64,000 nt of DNA from NCBI GenBank assembly GCA_963845535.1, contig CAWJSK010000012.1:880431-944430 (forward strand), read 5' to 3'. The position numbers and the translations under genes were made by a program. The notes beneath the pieces were generated by a model. That model was not told where the DNA came from and ran no database searches. It saw only the letters and a program-made list of their open reading frames with translations. Shown here one piece after another: positions 52,413 to 62,865 of the stretch. This DNA is from an uncultured Spirochaetota bacterium. Its GTDB lineage: Bacteria; Spirochaetota; Spirochaetia; SZUA-6; Fen-1364. Position 1 is the stretch's first letter; the number at the start of each line of letters is the position of its first letter.

Positions 52413-52724
52413 TTTTCGCCTTCCCGCGTGGATCCCGTTTCAGGTCCGAGTTGTCAAGACTGTTTGGTTACGACTCAACAAGTCCTCATCAGCCCTCGAG
52501 CGGAAATCGCATTAAGCTCGCGCAGATGTCGAATTGATGATCCTTTGATCGATCACGTGATAGAGAGCCTCGAAGAGCTCTGGAAGAGGAGATTCGCTGT
52601 GACGAACGAACCGACTGGCAACAGAATCGCCATCGGAGTTGCGACCGGCATAGTCAGCCGATCTGCACCGGGCGGAGAAGACACAGGATAGGTCGACCCA
52701 CCCGGGAGTTGTAAGAGCCAACCG

Positions 52725-53476
52725 CAGGAAATGTCCTGGAAGAACTGGCGCGCAAGGGGGCGCGACAATTGCTGGCCCAAGCGATGGCAACTGAGGTTGC
52801 CGAGTTCGTCGAAAATCACGGCGGCATGACCGACGAGGAAGGTCGGCGTTTTGGTGGTGCGAAACGGCCACCCGCCAGAACGCGAACTGGTCACCGGGAT
52901 CGGGTCGCTGATGATCCGCCAACTCCGAGTGGATGACCGTGCTCTCTCGCAAGAGGAACGCTTCAGCAGCCAGATCCTGCCGCGATATTTGCGTCGAGTG
53001 CCCGGCATGGATAACCTGATCCCCATCCTGTACCTGAAGGGCATCAGCAGCGGTGACATGTCGGAGGCTTTGGAGTCGATCCTGGGCCCAGGGGCCGCGG
53101 GATTGTCGGCGACGAACATCGTGCGGCTGAAGGCCCTGTGGGAGCAGGACTACGAGACGTGGAGAAAGCGGGATTTCGAGCTGAAGCACTGTGCGTATTT
53201 CTGGGTCGACGGGATTCACTTCAACGTGCGCTTGGACAAAGAGCGTAGCTGCATCCTGGTGGTCATGCGAGCCAACGAATCGGGGCAGAAAGGAGCTGCT
53301 TGCCGTCAGCGACGGTCATGCGGAGAGCAAGGCCTCCTGGCGTGAAATCCTGCTGGATTTGAAGCGGCGGGGCTTGCAGACTGGGCCGAAGCTGGCCGTC
53401 GCGGACGGGGCACTGGGTTCTGGGCGGCGCTTCGAGAAGTCTACCCAGGATGTCGGGAGCAACGTTGCTTGGTACA
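52725..53476 (+). mobile_element. IS256-family transposase pseudogene, truncated by a RIT element
   Basis: RKGARQLL, VVRNGH, LYLKGISSGD, WVDGIHFNVR, ESKASW, ADGALG; ends at QRCLVH. Confidence 0.85.
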
Positions 53477-55351
53477 TTACGCCGGCCTTCGGATTATGCC
53501 GACTGAGCAGCCAGTCGCATGTGGGATGCTGGATAAGGACAGCAATCCGCCTGGTAGGCTCGGCATAAATAGGGCGGCTTGAGCGATACTGCTCCTTTCC
53601 AGGACTTGGAAAGGAGGCAATCATGAGTAGCCCGTCCCATGTGATGGTGTGCGGTCCGCTGGAGCCGTTTGCACAAGGCTTTAACACACATCTGTCCCGG
53701 CTTGGGTATACGCCGATATCCGCGGCGGTTCAGTTGCAGTTGATGGCACATCTTAGCCGCTGGCTTGCTGCCATGCGCTTGGATGCGTCCTCTCTAACAC
53801 CTACGACCGTAGGGAAATTCTTCGTGACCCGTCGCAATGCCGGATACACGACCTACCGGTCGGTGAAAGCGCTGTCGCACCTTCTCGGCTATTCTGGCTG
53901 GCCGGGTAATGCCAGACGGGGAATTGGACCTACGGGGTCTGGCGCCCAGTGATGTGACCGGGTTCGTGCTCGCGCAATGTCCCCAGCGTAGTCCTGGCTC
54001 GGCTAAGCTGTTGGTGACCGCCCTACGCTCGCTGCTTCGTTTTTTGCATGTCGAGGGCATGCTCCCGCGTCCGCTGTCCGACGCTGTGCCCTCGGTCGCG
54101 GGATGGAGGCTGGCCGGCCTACCAAGGGCGTTGGATGCCGGTCAAACGGGCCGGCTACTCGCCAGCTGCGGTCGAAGCTCTATGGGCTCTCGCGACTTCG
54201 CAGTCCTCACTCTCCTTGTGCCGTTGGGATTGCGCGCCGGTGAAGTCGGCGGTCTACAGCTGGGTGATATTGACTGGAGGCACGGGGAAATCACCGTACG
54301 TGGCAAAGGAAATCAACGGGAACGGCTGCCACTTCCGGTCGATGTTGGCCAAGCCTTGGTCGCCTATCTGCGCAGCGGTCGTCCCGCCTCCATGGACGGC
54401 TGCCGCCGCCTGTTTCTTAGTGCCCGCGCTCCGCTTCGAGGGCTGACTTCAAGCGCGGTGAGCCTGATCGTCTCTCGCGCAGCCTCGCGAGCGGGCCTCC
54501 CAGAGATCACCGCGCATCGGTTGCGCCACACTGCAGCTACAAGGCTATTGGAGGCACGTGCGCCAACTGAGCGAAGTCGGTCAATTGCTCCGTCACCGTC
54601 GCCCGTTGACTACCGCGATCTATGCCAAGGTCAACCGGGAGGCCCTCAGGACTGTTGCCCGCTCTTGGCCCGGAGGTGCAGTATGAGAACATTGCGCGAT
54701 TCGCTTGTCGATTACCTGACCATTCGCCGTGTTCTTGGCTACAAACTCCGACGTCACAAGAAGTTGTTGGCCTAGTTTGCAGACTATCTAGATGGCATCG
54801 AGGCAGCGCAGGTCACCGTCGAGAACGCGGTGGCCTTGGCGAGACTGCCCACCAACGGTAGCGTAAGATGGTGGGCGTCTCGGCTGTCGGTCGCTCGCGG
54901 CTTCGCAATCTACCTGCACGCCCTCGACCCGGCGCATCAAGTGCCGCCAGTTGACTTGCTGCCTTATCGGTCGCACCGCGCCACTCCCTACTTGTACTCC
55001 GATCAAGACATTAGAGCGTTGATTACCGCAGCCGGCACTCTGCGCTTCGCACTGAGGGCTGCGACCTATAAGACCCTGATCGGACTGCTTGCGGTCACCG
55101 GGATGCACATTGGGGAGGCGATCAGCCTAAACTGCGACGACCTCGACCTCGGTCAGAGTGTGTTAGTCGTTCGTACCGGAAAATTTGGCAAGTCCCGTGA
55201 GCTGCCGCTTCATCTCACCACCATCCAGGATTTGCGCACTTACTTGCACCACCGTGGCCATCTGCGCCCCGCTCCTTGCACTTCCGCGTTATTTGTATCT
55301 GCCGCAAGGCACGCGTCTTCTCTACTGCGACGTTAACTGGACCTTCCTGAA
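53477..55351 (+). mobile_element. Degenerate RIT (recombinase-in-trio) element: left end, recombinase A remnant, partial recombinase B
   Basis: End motif TTACGCCG..GGATTATGCCG with inverse CGGCATAA at 53561. Tyrosine recombinase motifs GLRAGEV, GKG and HRLRHT. A second coupled recombinase starts at 54683 (internal TAG) and carries TGM..GE and KFGKSR. Confidence 0.8.
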
Positions 55352-56653
55352 GGGGACCTCGAAAAACTAGGTGTTTTTATGCTTTTCGTTCCTGCCAGGT
55401 CGATGACGCTGTGATTTTTAAAGCAGAAGGCTGGCTTTTTCGCACGGTCTATCCGGATCATTTTCGATTTCCAGATTTTCAACAGTTTTTGCTCTTTTCC
55501 CGGCCTCCCGGTCCCTATTTCTTGCTCTTTTAACCCTCCAGTTGAATCCCGGGCAGACTACGCCCCCTGAAGATATGCCGAGCGCACAATGTTGTAGGTC
55601 AAATTAATTAGCCCGATGTTCGACCGCGCTCGCACGATTCCGATCGAGCGGATACGAAAGCCGTTCATGCAGTTGGTGATGTGCGCGAAGACGTGCTCCA
55701 CCCGGGCACGGATGCGCGACTTCGCTCGGTTACTTCTCATCTGGGATTTGCTCAACGGTTGATTGCGATACCCTTTCTCATGGATCTTGCTTTGCACTCC
55801 ACGCTTCTGCAGGGTGTCCTCGATTTTCTCAGAGCGGTAGGCACTGTCGGCATGCAGCTCCGTATCCACATCAGTTTTCTGCAGCAACGACGGCAGCACT
55901 TGCGAATCATGCACGCTGGCATCGGTGACCTCATAGGTCTTAATCAGTTTGCTCTGCCTATCCACTTTCACGTGATCTTTGTACCCGTAGTAAGTCTGCT
56001 CGTTCTTCTTCGTCCAACGCGCCTCGGTATCCTTTTGCCTCAGCTTCGCAGGATCCTCTTTCCAATCCGTGGGGATCTTTCCCTCTTTGATCGTTTGATT
56101 CTCCTCCCGACTGTTCCTCTGCCGCGGCACTTCCACAAAACTCGCATCAACGATGCTGCCGTTATTTTCGATTAGCCCCAGCTTCTCCAAATGCGCGCGG
56201 TACAACGTGAAAAGCTTTTCGATTAACCCACGCTTGCTCAGTACCTCACGAAAGAGCCAAATGGTCTTTTCATCCGGCACCTCCCCATGCAATCCCTGGC
56301 CCAAGAACCGCTGGAAGCTCAGACGGTCCAATATCTGAAACTGCATCTGGGCATCCGACAGATTGTACAGACGTTGGAGAATCAGGATCTTGAACATCAA
56401 AACGTAATCGAACGGCGGGCGCCCGCCTGGTCCTTTGGGTTCCTTCTTGAAGCATCGCTTCAAAAGCGGACGAAATATTTCCCAATCCATCGTCGCGTTG
56501 AGTTTCTCAAGCGGATCGCCTTGGCTACTCAACTTCTGGAGACGCTCTTGTTCATCAAAGAAACCGCGTTGTTGATTCATTCCCCACCCTGATTGGAGAA
56601 CAAAATGAGATACCGAGACACTCAATGAAAATGGCTAGTTTTTAGAGGCGCCC
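55352..56653 (-). mobile_element. IS5-family insertion sequence
   Basis: TIRs GGGGACCTCGAAAAACTAG / GGGCGCCTCTAAAAACTAG (16 of 19 match); no target duplication. Confidence 0.9.
55558..56625 (-). CDS. IS5 transposase
   Basis: GRPPFD, PDEKTIWLFRE, IVDAS, YGYKDH, ADSAY and RARVEHVF motifs. Confidence 0.95.
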   Translation of the reverse strand: MSVSVSHFVLQSGWGMNQQRGFFDEQERLQKLSSQGDPLEKLNATMDWEIFRPLLKRCFKKEPKGPGGRPPFDYVLMFKILILQRLYNLSDAQMQFQILDRLSFQRFLGQGLHGEVPDEKTIWLFREVLSKRGLIEKLFTLYRAHLEKLGLIENNGSIVDASFVEVPRQRNSREENQTIKEGKIPTDWKEDPAKLRQKDTEARWTKKNEQTYYGYKDHVKVDRQSKLIKTYEVTDASVHDSQVLPSLLQKTDVDTELHADSAYRSEKIEDTLQKRGVQSKIHEKGYRNQPLSKSQMRSNRAKSRIRARVEHVFAHITNCMNGFRIRSIGIVRARSNIGLINLTYNIVRSAYLQGA

Positions 56654-56654
56654 A

Positions 56655-56867
56655 TATGTTGTTTGGCCTGGTTCCACAGAGTTCTTTGGTACCCGAGGAC
56701 TTGTAAAGGTTCGAGGCACCATTGATGGTCATCCTTTTCGGAGTTCTTTCATGGCGATGGGGAATGGTGTTCATATGCTGCCTGTAAAGAGCGAAGTCCG
56801 TAGGGCCATTGAGAAAGCACCAGGTGACGTCGTCAAAGTGAATCTCGAAGAGCGGCTTGGCGACTAG
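56655..56867 (+). pseudogene. DUF1905-family gene, 5' end removed at the IS5 end
   Basis: YVVWP..FFGTRGLVKVRGTIDGHPFRSSFMA..LPVK..GDVVKV.LEERL, starting immediately after the IS5 TIR. Confidence 0.8.
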
Positions 56868-56983
56868 ACCACTCTCGAATAGCTGAAATTTCCGGACGGC
56901 AGTACACGGGACGGAACGCCTGCGCTTCTGGAATGCTTTGACTGCCCGAGAAAGCTCCATACCCACACAGAAATGCATAACAT

Positions 56984-59308
56984 CAGACCTCGTTTATCTG
57001 GGGTGATTTAGTGTTGCGCCCCGACGCGAAACTTGATCTTTTGGAACGAGAGACCGAGGTCGAATGGGTCCATCTTATTCAGAAACTCACACAGGGCTTC
57101 AAGTGCCTTTCCTCCATTCTGCGAATGTTGTGGTGGAAACTCCACTTCCATCGTATCATCCCGGCGGCACGCGTACGTCCGTGTTTGAAGAATGGAAATG
57201 ATAAACCTGTTCACGTCTCGCAAATCCTTGTAGTAAGGCTTTACCACATCCACCAATTGTCTCTTTGCCCAGATCGCGTTCATTTTTAGCCAATCGAAAA
57301 ACAGCTTCTTTCCGTCGCATAACCGTTGAATGCGATCGTCCTTAATTCTGTCCATCATCAGGATAGTCTTTGGCAGTTTCTCGCGCGCGCTGAGCCGATT
57401 GTCGATCTTTCGCGCGATACCTGAGAGTTTTTTCCTGATCGCGGTTGCCTTCTCTTTCGTGCCTGCAGTTTCCTCCGCAGTCACCAGTTTCTGCTCCAGC
57501 TTTTTCTTCTGGTCGCGCAGCTGTTTCAGTTCCCGATTTAGTGTCCGTATTCTTGGATTGCCTATTTCGTGCGTGACCCCCTGGTGGCGATCCTCCAAAC
57601 CGCGGCTATACAAATACTCTTCGCTATAACGCTCGGTCTGATAGGAATGGATGTGGTCGATCCCGTGAGCCTTCAGGTCCTTGAACATGTTCTCCTGGGC
57701 ACCCCAGCGTCCCACAAGCATCGCCACCAGGTCATTCAAAGGGCGATCGAAATCATTGCTCAGAGCAGGGGAAACCTTCTGCCCCAACTTGATCCAGAGT
57801 TCGCGGAAGGTTGCGCTGGTGCCTTCTGCCTCTATCGTTCGCCTTTGCTCCCATGCCTGCATCTGTGTCGGGAAAACTTCGTCAATCGTATTGCCGCGAT
57901 GTTCCACAACTACATCAATCCACTCACCAAGGGGAATGTCGGGAATCCTTCGCGCATCCGAACGCCAGCAGACGAAAAGAATACTTTCGCATATGCTGAT
58001 GCAGAACTCTTTCGAATATCCCCCACGATCGAACACTTCAAGAATCTCTTTCTTTCGCGCCCCATACAGATCCCGTATCGTCGTATCCAGGTGTTCCACG
58101 TAGTACTGCATTTTGCGATATCCGTCAGACAGCGCGGCATAGATCGGCACGCCCTGCTGGTCATGAATGTACACATACTCGCGCCCCCGCATCGCCAGAC
58201 GTCTCTGGGTGTTGTAGCCGTACAACGTCGGGGTGTCTCCGTAATAGGGCATGAAATGTCCGTCAATGTAGGCCACCCTCGTGGGACCGAAAACCCCAAT
58301 TGCTGTGCGCGCCGCTTCCAGCCTCACCGCCTCCAGGTCCATTTTCTCAACCGCCGCGGGGATTCGTTCCCGATACACCGACAAGGAAGGAAGCCGTTTC
58401 CTGCCAATAAGCCCGCCAACCTGGTAACTGTCGGCAAGCTTGAAGTCCTGCTCCACATCCACAAGCTGTGCGGCATTCAACGCCGCGTAGCTGACAGCCA
58501 ATTCTCCTATGCTGTAGCGCCGATTCTCGTACTCGGGCTCTTCAGGCAGCGCGGCCTTCAGCCCCAAGTGGCCCAAAAGCGGAATCACCGCCGCCGCACC
58601 GCCGTGCTCGACGCACACACGTTGCTCATTGGGCTGCAGTTCTCCCTGGCTGTCAGTTTCCTCGCTTCTCTTCTGTTCCTCCGCCTCGCGACGGCCGCGA
58701 GTCTCCTGGTCTTTTTGCATCTTGAGTACCGCTTCCTCTTTTTCCTCCTCCTGGTCTTTCTTCGTCCTGTCCTTGTAGGCTCGGATAATTTTCTGCAGCT
58801 TGCTGCGAGAAAGTGTGCTGCGGAACAGACCTTCCTCAGCTTTTTTCGCGATCGCCTCGAGGATCATGTTCTGAAAGCCACGCTGTGCGTGCAGTCGAAT
58901 ATATTCTGTGATAACAAAGCTGCGCACCGCTTCTTCAATCGCCTCAGGACCTCGATGGTAGTCCTTCAGTCCAGGAGCTCCCGACTTGGTGTAGACGGCC
59001 AGTGTCTTGCGCACCGTGTGTCGGTTGACGTCGAACAGTTCGCAGATCGTCTGATAGTGCACACCTTGATTGGCCAGAAGAGCGATCCCAAGTTTTCTCT
59101 CAAATGCATCATTCTCGTGGTAGGCGTAAAACGACAGCCCACCCCAGTAAATGCGCACGATCTCTTTGGCCTCTTTTACCGCCCACACCAACCCATTTGG
59201 CCCAAGCAGCCGTTGCACATTCATGCGGCGATTCTATATGAGACAAGCTAAAATAGCAATGATATCGTATATTATTTATACACTATTAGTCAAATTAAAC
59301 GAGATCTG
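56984..59308 (-). mobile_element. 2325-bp IS (unclassified DDE type) inserted in an attC site
   Basis: TIRs CAGACCTCGTTTA / CAGATCTCGTTTA; 5-bp TSD AACAT at 56979-83 and 59309-13. Confidence 0.9.
57008..59224 (-). CDS. Large DDE transposase (738 aa)
   Basis: N-terminal HTH; YIDGH, VFDRGGYS and RWGAQENMFK acidic triad; fills the TIR-bounded element. Confidence 0.85.
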   Translation of the reverse strand: MNVQRLLGPNGLVWAVKEAKEIVRIYWGGLSFYAYHENDAFERKLGIALLANQGVHYQTICELFDVNRHTVRKTLAVYTKSGAPGLKDYHRGPEAIEEAVRSFVITEYIRLHAQRGFQNMILEAIAKKAEEGLFRSTLSRSKLQKIIRAYKDRTKKDQEEEKEEAVLKMQKDQETRGRREAEEQKRSEETDSQGELQPNEQRVCVEHGGAAAVIPLLGHLGLKAALPEEPEYENRRYSIGELAVSYAALNAAQLVDVEQDFKLADSYQVGGLIGRKRLPSLSVYRERIPAAVEKMDLEAVRLEAARTAIGVFGPTRVAYIDGHFMPYYGDTPTLYGYNTQRRLAMRGREYVYIHDQQGVPIYAALSDGYRKMQYYVEHLDTTIRDLYGARKKEILEVFDRGGYSKEFCISICESILFVCWRSDARRIPDIPLGEWIDVVVEHRGNTIDEVFPTQMQAWEQRRTIEAEGTSATFRELWIKLGQKVSPALSNDFDRPLNDLVAMLVGRWGAQENMFKDLKAHGIDHIHSYQTERYSEEYLYSRGLEDRHQGVTHEIGNPRIRTLNRELKQLRDQKKKLEQKLVTAEETAGTKEKATAIRKKLSGIARKIDNRLSAREKLPKTILMMDRIKDDRIQRLCDGKKLFFDWLKMNAIWAKRQLVDVVKPYYKDLRDVNRFIISILQTRTYACRRDDTMEVEFPPQHSQNGGKALEALCEFLNKMDPFDLGLSFQKIKFRVGAQH

Positions 59309-59421
59309 AACATAGAGTTAAGTTGCGCCGCCGCATCAGCTCTGCCGTGACGGATTTTACGGAAAGTAAGCCTTTCGTTCCAGACTCAAACAAAGGCGAC
59401 AACTTCAACGACTTGTTATGC
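59309..59421 (-). other. attC site 1 (R' end displaced by the IS; remainder at 56975-56983)
   Basis: Minus strand GCATAACAAGTCGTTGAAGTTG...AACTTAACTCTATGTT, then the IS. Confidence 0.88.
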
Positions 59422-59449
59422 GGGGCTTCGATTCAAACAGCGCATAGTT

Positions 59450-60202
59450 CTACACAGAAGGCTTCTCAAGGCCTTCGTATGACGCTTGTGCCATCTTCAA
59501 AATTTCAAGAAGTTCTTCTTTTCGCTCGACGGGTTGTTCATATATCCGTAGCAGGCAATTGAATGTCTCGCTCTTCTCCGGGAAGGACATCAACAATTGA
59601 TTGTGGATATCCGTTGCGCTTTTTCGATAGATTCCCAAACGTAGAACAAGGTATTTCCGGAAGCATTTCAGAACATCCTTTCCAATCGACCGCCCGAATT
59701 AGCCTAGTTCTTCTTTATTCAGGGAGCCCTTGAGACGTTGCCGATACCCCGCCATCAATCTATTGAAATCGGGAGTCGTCAGCTTGGCCAAGCTTGCGTT
59801 TGATATCTTCGTCTCCGTTGCGGAGTAGAGGTCAGCACCCCATATGCAGACGGAGTCCGTCCGAAAGATGAATTCGCGCTGTGGCTGAACTCGGCCCTTT
59901 ATCTCGATTTCCAGATCAACCACGCTGACACACTGATAGTTTCGTGTTAGTCTTTTTGAATCGGCCGCGATCATGTCGCGTTGGTGCGTTTCCGGATTCA
60001 TTGAAACCAAGCCGACAAAATCGATATCTGACACTCCAAAGACGTTTTCCCCGCGGGCAGTAGATCCAAGCAGCCGGATCGAGACCAATAGCTTGTCCAG
60101 ATTGCGTCTATAAGACTCTATAGCCGTGTTAACGATCGGCTTGCAGTCGGAACCCACTTTGTCCAACGAGCATTCGTTTGGGATGGTGATTTCAGCTTCC
60201 AT
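59450..60202 (-). pseudogene. Cassette gene: nucleotidyltransferase-domain protein with an in-frame TAA at 59699-59701
   Basis: GSTARG..SDID motif; the frame stays open after the stop, down to 59450. Confidence 0.78.
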
Positions 60203-60279
60203 TGATCGGTTACCAGCCTACAGGCGCCTAACCATGCTGTCTACTGCAGCAGCCCCAGGTTTCTCGTGCCTAAAGCCCC

Positions 60280-60393
60280 GCATAACATAGAGTTCAGCAG
60301 CCCCGCCGCATCAGAGTAGCGCCTACTGAATTCCCGCCGGCACAATCCCGTTGACTTTGCACTTTAGGGGACTGCTGCAACGATTTGTTATGC
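60280..60393 (-). other. attC site 2
   Basis: GCATAAC..GTTATGC ends, 114 bp, with internal GCAGCAGTCCCC / GGGGCTGCTGAAC arms. Confidence 0.88.
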
Positions 60394-60417
60394 CCCACGC
60401 CCTTTAGCGAATCGACC

Positions 60418-60857
60418 CTAATCCGTGAGCAGACTCTTTCCCCATGAATTGGCTCTTTCCAATTCCCCCTCCGCTAGTGGACCATTTCTGCCCTTCACGA
60501 TGAAACCTTCGGGCTTCCTTTGATCATGATTCCCTTTTCTTTGAAATGGGTTCCCATCTTGTCAGCTGCATATCCGAAAAGTTTGGTTAGCTTCATTGTC
60601 AGTCGTGTGTCAAAGGTTGCAACTTTCAAAGTCTTTGAGGGTAAAGACAGGCCATTGAGGTACTTAAGCATTCCCTCAGTGGGACGACCACCATATGTTG
60701 GGGATCCGACAATCAACAGCGATGTTTTTTCAAGTTGCCTAGCCTCTGGAGAATTGATCCGAATGGCCTTCGCGCTTGGCCCAATTCCGGCGGCGATCGC
60801 GTTGGCAATTCTCTCAGTGTTTCCGGCCGCTGAATCAAAGACCACTAGTGTGTTTAA
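60418..60857 (-). pseudogene. Cassette gene: flavodoxin, frameshifted near 60515
   Basis: DSAAGNTERIA, GSPTYGG and FDTR. The tail PEGFIVKG..GPL.EGELERA..W is in another frame. Confidence 0.8.
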
Positions 60858-61031
60858 GATAGTCCTCCTTCATGATGCGTCGTGTGACTCCACTTCTTAA
60901 GAAGCGAAGGACCGGACGTTTTGACCCATTGTTTAACACCTGCGGTGATTGAAACCGTACTCGCGGTTCCGTCGGTGCAAGTCACGTTGGATACCGAGAG
61001 AAACTCACTCGTGTTTTCACAAAAAAGTGAG

Positions 61032-61148
61032 GCATAACATAGAGTTAAGCCGCCCCGCCGTATCACCCACCGGACAGGCCCACGATAGTCCAGTGCAGTA
61101 TCCGCACGCCAAGCCATTCAAGGGGTCGGCTTCAACGACTTGTTATGC
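61032..61148 (-). other. attC site 3
   Basis: GCATAACAAGTCGTTGAAGCCGAC...CGGCTTAACTCTATGTTATGC, 117 bp. Confidence 0.92.
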
Positions 61149-61198
61149 TCATTCTCTTTGTCAAGACAACTCAATGAGATGCTTACAAATCCTTGCTA

Positions 61199-61228
61199 TT
61201 GACCCTCCTATATCACAAATGATATACT
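61199..61228 (+). promoter_or_regulatory. TA promoter with operator palindrome
   Basis: TTGACC-N18-TATACT overlapped by TATATCA-CAAA-TGATATA. Confidence 0.65.
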
Positions 61229-61233
61229 CTATC

Positions 61234-61572
61234 ATGCCATATGATGTGGAGCTACTCCAATCGGCTTTAGATTTTGTTGATGGTCTACCAAGCAAGATGA
61301 GAGCAAAGGCATATAGAAGCGTTAGCCTATTACGTGAGTTTGGTCCACATCTTCGGGAACCCCATTCCAAGCCGGTTATCGGATGGAAAGGTCTCATGGA
61401 ACTGAGAGTGAAATTTGCTACTGATATTTGTCGGTTGTTCTACTTCTGGCATCCGGCGGCTCACTATGTAGTGGTTTCTGGGTATATGAAAAAGAGCATG
61501 AAACTAGACCGAAACGAATTGCAAAGGGCATTCAGACTCATGAAAGAAGCTCTTGAGCCGAAAGGGGACTGA
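61234..61572 (+). CDS. Type II toxin, RelE/HigB (Gp49-like)
   Basis: LREFGPHLREPHSK..LMELRV..RLFYF..KKS; upstream of an HTH gene. Confidence 0.85.
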   Translation: MPYDVELLQSALDFVDGLPSKMRAKAYRSVSLLREFGPHLREPHSKPVIGWKGLMELRVKFATDICRLFYFWHPAAHYVVVSGYMKKSMKLDRNELQRAFRLMKEALEPKGD

Positions 61573-61573
61573 C

Positions 61574-61963
61574 ATGAAGACCTATAGATTCGATGATGTA
61601 CTTGCAAAACAGATGAAAGATCCAGAGTTCAAAAAGGCTTGGGACAACTTAGCGGCAGAATATGATCTGGCAGCTGAGGTTATCCGAATGCGCATGGCTC
61701 GGAACCTCACTCAGACCCAGCTGGCGAAGTTGGTTGGAACTTCCCAACCAGCCATTGCAAGGCTGGAGTCTGGAAATCATACGAACGTGACTCTGGCGTT
61801 CCTTTACAGAGTTGCGAGAGCGCTCGACGTCGAGCCTCGGCTGAAGTTCGTCGCTGCACCCGGTCCGGTAAGGTGCCCCTTCGTACGGCGAGAAAAAGTC
61901 GATCTGCAAGAAGACCTGCAGGACGAAGAGGGGCTTCATAGACCGGGAATGAGCATAACATAG
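61574..61963 (+). CDS. XRE/HigA-like antitoxin
   Basis: DPEFKKAW and LTQTQLAKLVGTSQPAIARLESG; stop lies inside attC 4. Confidence 0.88.
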   Translation: MKTYRFDDVLAKQMKDPEFKKAWDNLAAEYDLAAEVIRMRMARNLTQTQLAKLVGTSQPAIARLESGNHTNVTLAFLYRVARALDVEPRLKFVAAPGPVRCPFVRREKVDLQEDLQDEEGLHRPGMSIT

Positions 61964-62069
61964 AGTTAAGCCGCCCTGCCGTTCGAAGCCAGGTAGCGGC
62001 TCAGTTCACCTTTCCCATGCCCCACTATAAGCCGGCCGTCCCAGGGTCGGCTTCAACGACTTGTTATGC
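61953..62069 (-). other. attC site 4
   Basis: Same ends as attC 3; 117 bp. Confidence 0.92.
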
Positions 62070-62117
62070 TCCTCCAGGAATTTTCTCATGCATCCATCTC
62101 AACGTCAGCATCCGTGC

Positions 62118-62534
62118 TCACGTTTTCTCTTTTGCCAGAACTTCGATGAAGCCATCCGGATTGATAAGCTGTACTCCTTCACATTTTCCAATTGAGAGCA
62201 AATGATGGTCTCCTGATATGAGGTAATCAACCTTCCCTTCTATTGCGCAATCCAAAAACATATTGTCTTCCGGATCATCCTTGACTAATCCACGATGTTT
62301 CTGCGGTTCAATCCATTCCGCAATAGCAGTTATCTCAGAAATGATTGTCTGAACCATTTGAGAGCCAAATCCAAACTTCGGTCTCTGAAGAACTTTTTCA
62401 AGTTCCCCTATCGTTGGACCTGAGATGCAGATTCTTATTGTCCCGCCCAAGGCGGCCTCTAAAATTTGGCGAGGCTTCCCTCCAAAGAGAATGGCCGACA
62501 GCACTACGTTTGTGTCTAGAACAACTTTGACCAT
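62118..62534 (-). CDS. PIN-domain toxin (VapC-like)
   Basis: VVLDTNV, DPEDNMFLDCA and ISGDHHLL motifs. Confidence 0.9.
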   Translation of the reverse strand: MVKVVLDTNVVLSAILFGGKPRQILEAALGGTIRICISGPTIGELEKVLQRPKFGFGSQMVQTIISEITAIAEWIEPQKHRGLVKDDPEDNMFLDCAIEGKVDYLISGDHHLLSIGKCEGVQLINPDGFIEVLAKEKT

Positions 62535-62780
62535 TTACCTTTGCTTTTCTTTTCTATAGTTGGCTATTTCCTTTCCGATGTCAGCTTGGGTCAGCCGATT
62601 CGTCTTGGCGAGTTTGGTTCCCACCTGAAAGATCTGACTCCATCGGCGTTTCCGCTCGATGTAGCTCCGTGCAGCCTCTCGAATAAGTTCTGACCGAGAC
62701 CTCGACTCCTCTTGCGCTACCTCATCTATTTGCTTGAGCAGATCCTTGTTGAAGGAAATGTTGACAGTACTCATGATCAC
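62535..62780 (-). CDS. Ribbon-helix-helix (CopG) antitoxin
   Basis: TVNISF..LLKQIDEVA..SRSELIREA; upstream TTGACT..TATGCT with a TACAAAGTTTGTA palindrome (62800-62812). Confidence 0.88.
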   Translation of the reverse strand: MIMSTVNISFNKDLLKQIDEVAQEESRSRSELIREAARSYIERKRRWSQIFQVGTKLAKTNRLTQADIGKEIANYRKEKQR

Positions 62781-62865
62781 ACCTCAATGAGAGCATACAT
62801 ACAAACTTTGTACATAGTCAAGCGACCCGAAATCTATGTCTACCAACCAACCCAACTTTGGAGGA

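Noticed and set aside
53623..55351. Tyrosine recombinases as the integron integrase
   Set aside because: The tandem coupled recombinases with TTATGCCG end motifs are RIT-type, are degraded, and lie at the distal end of the array.
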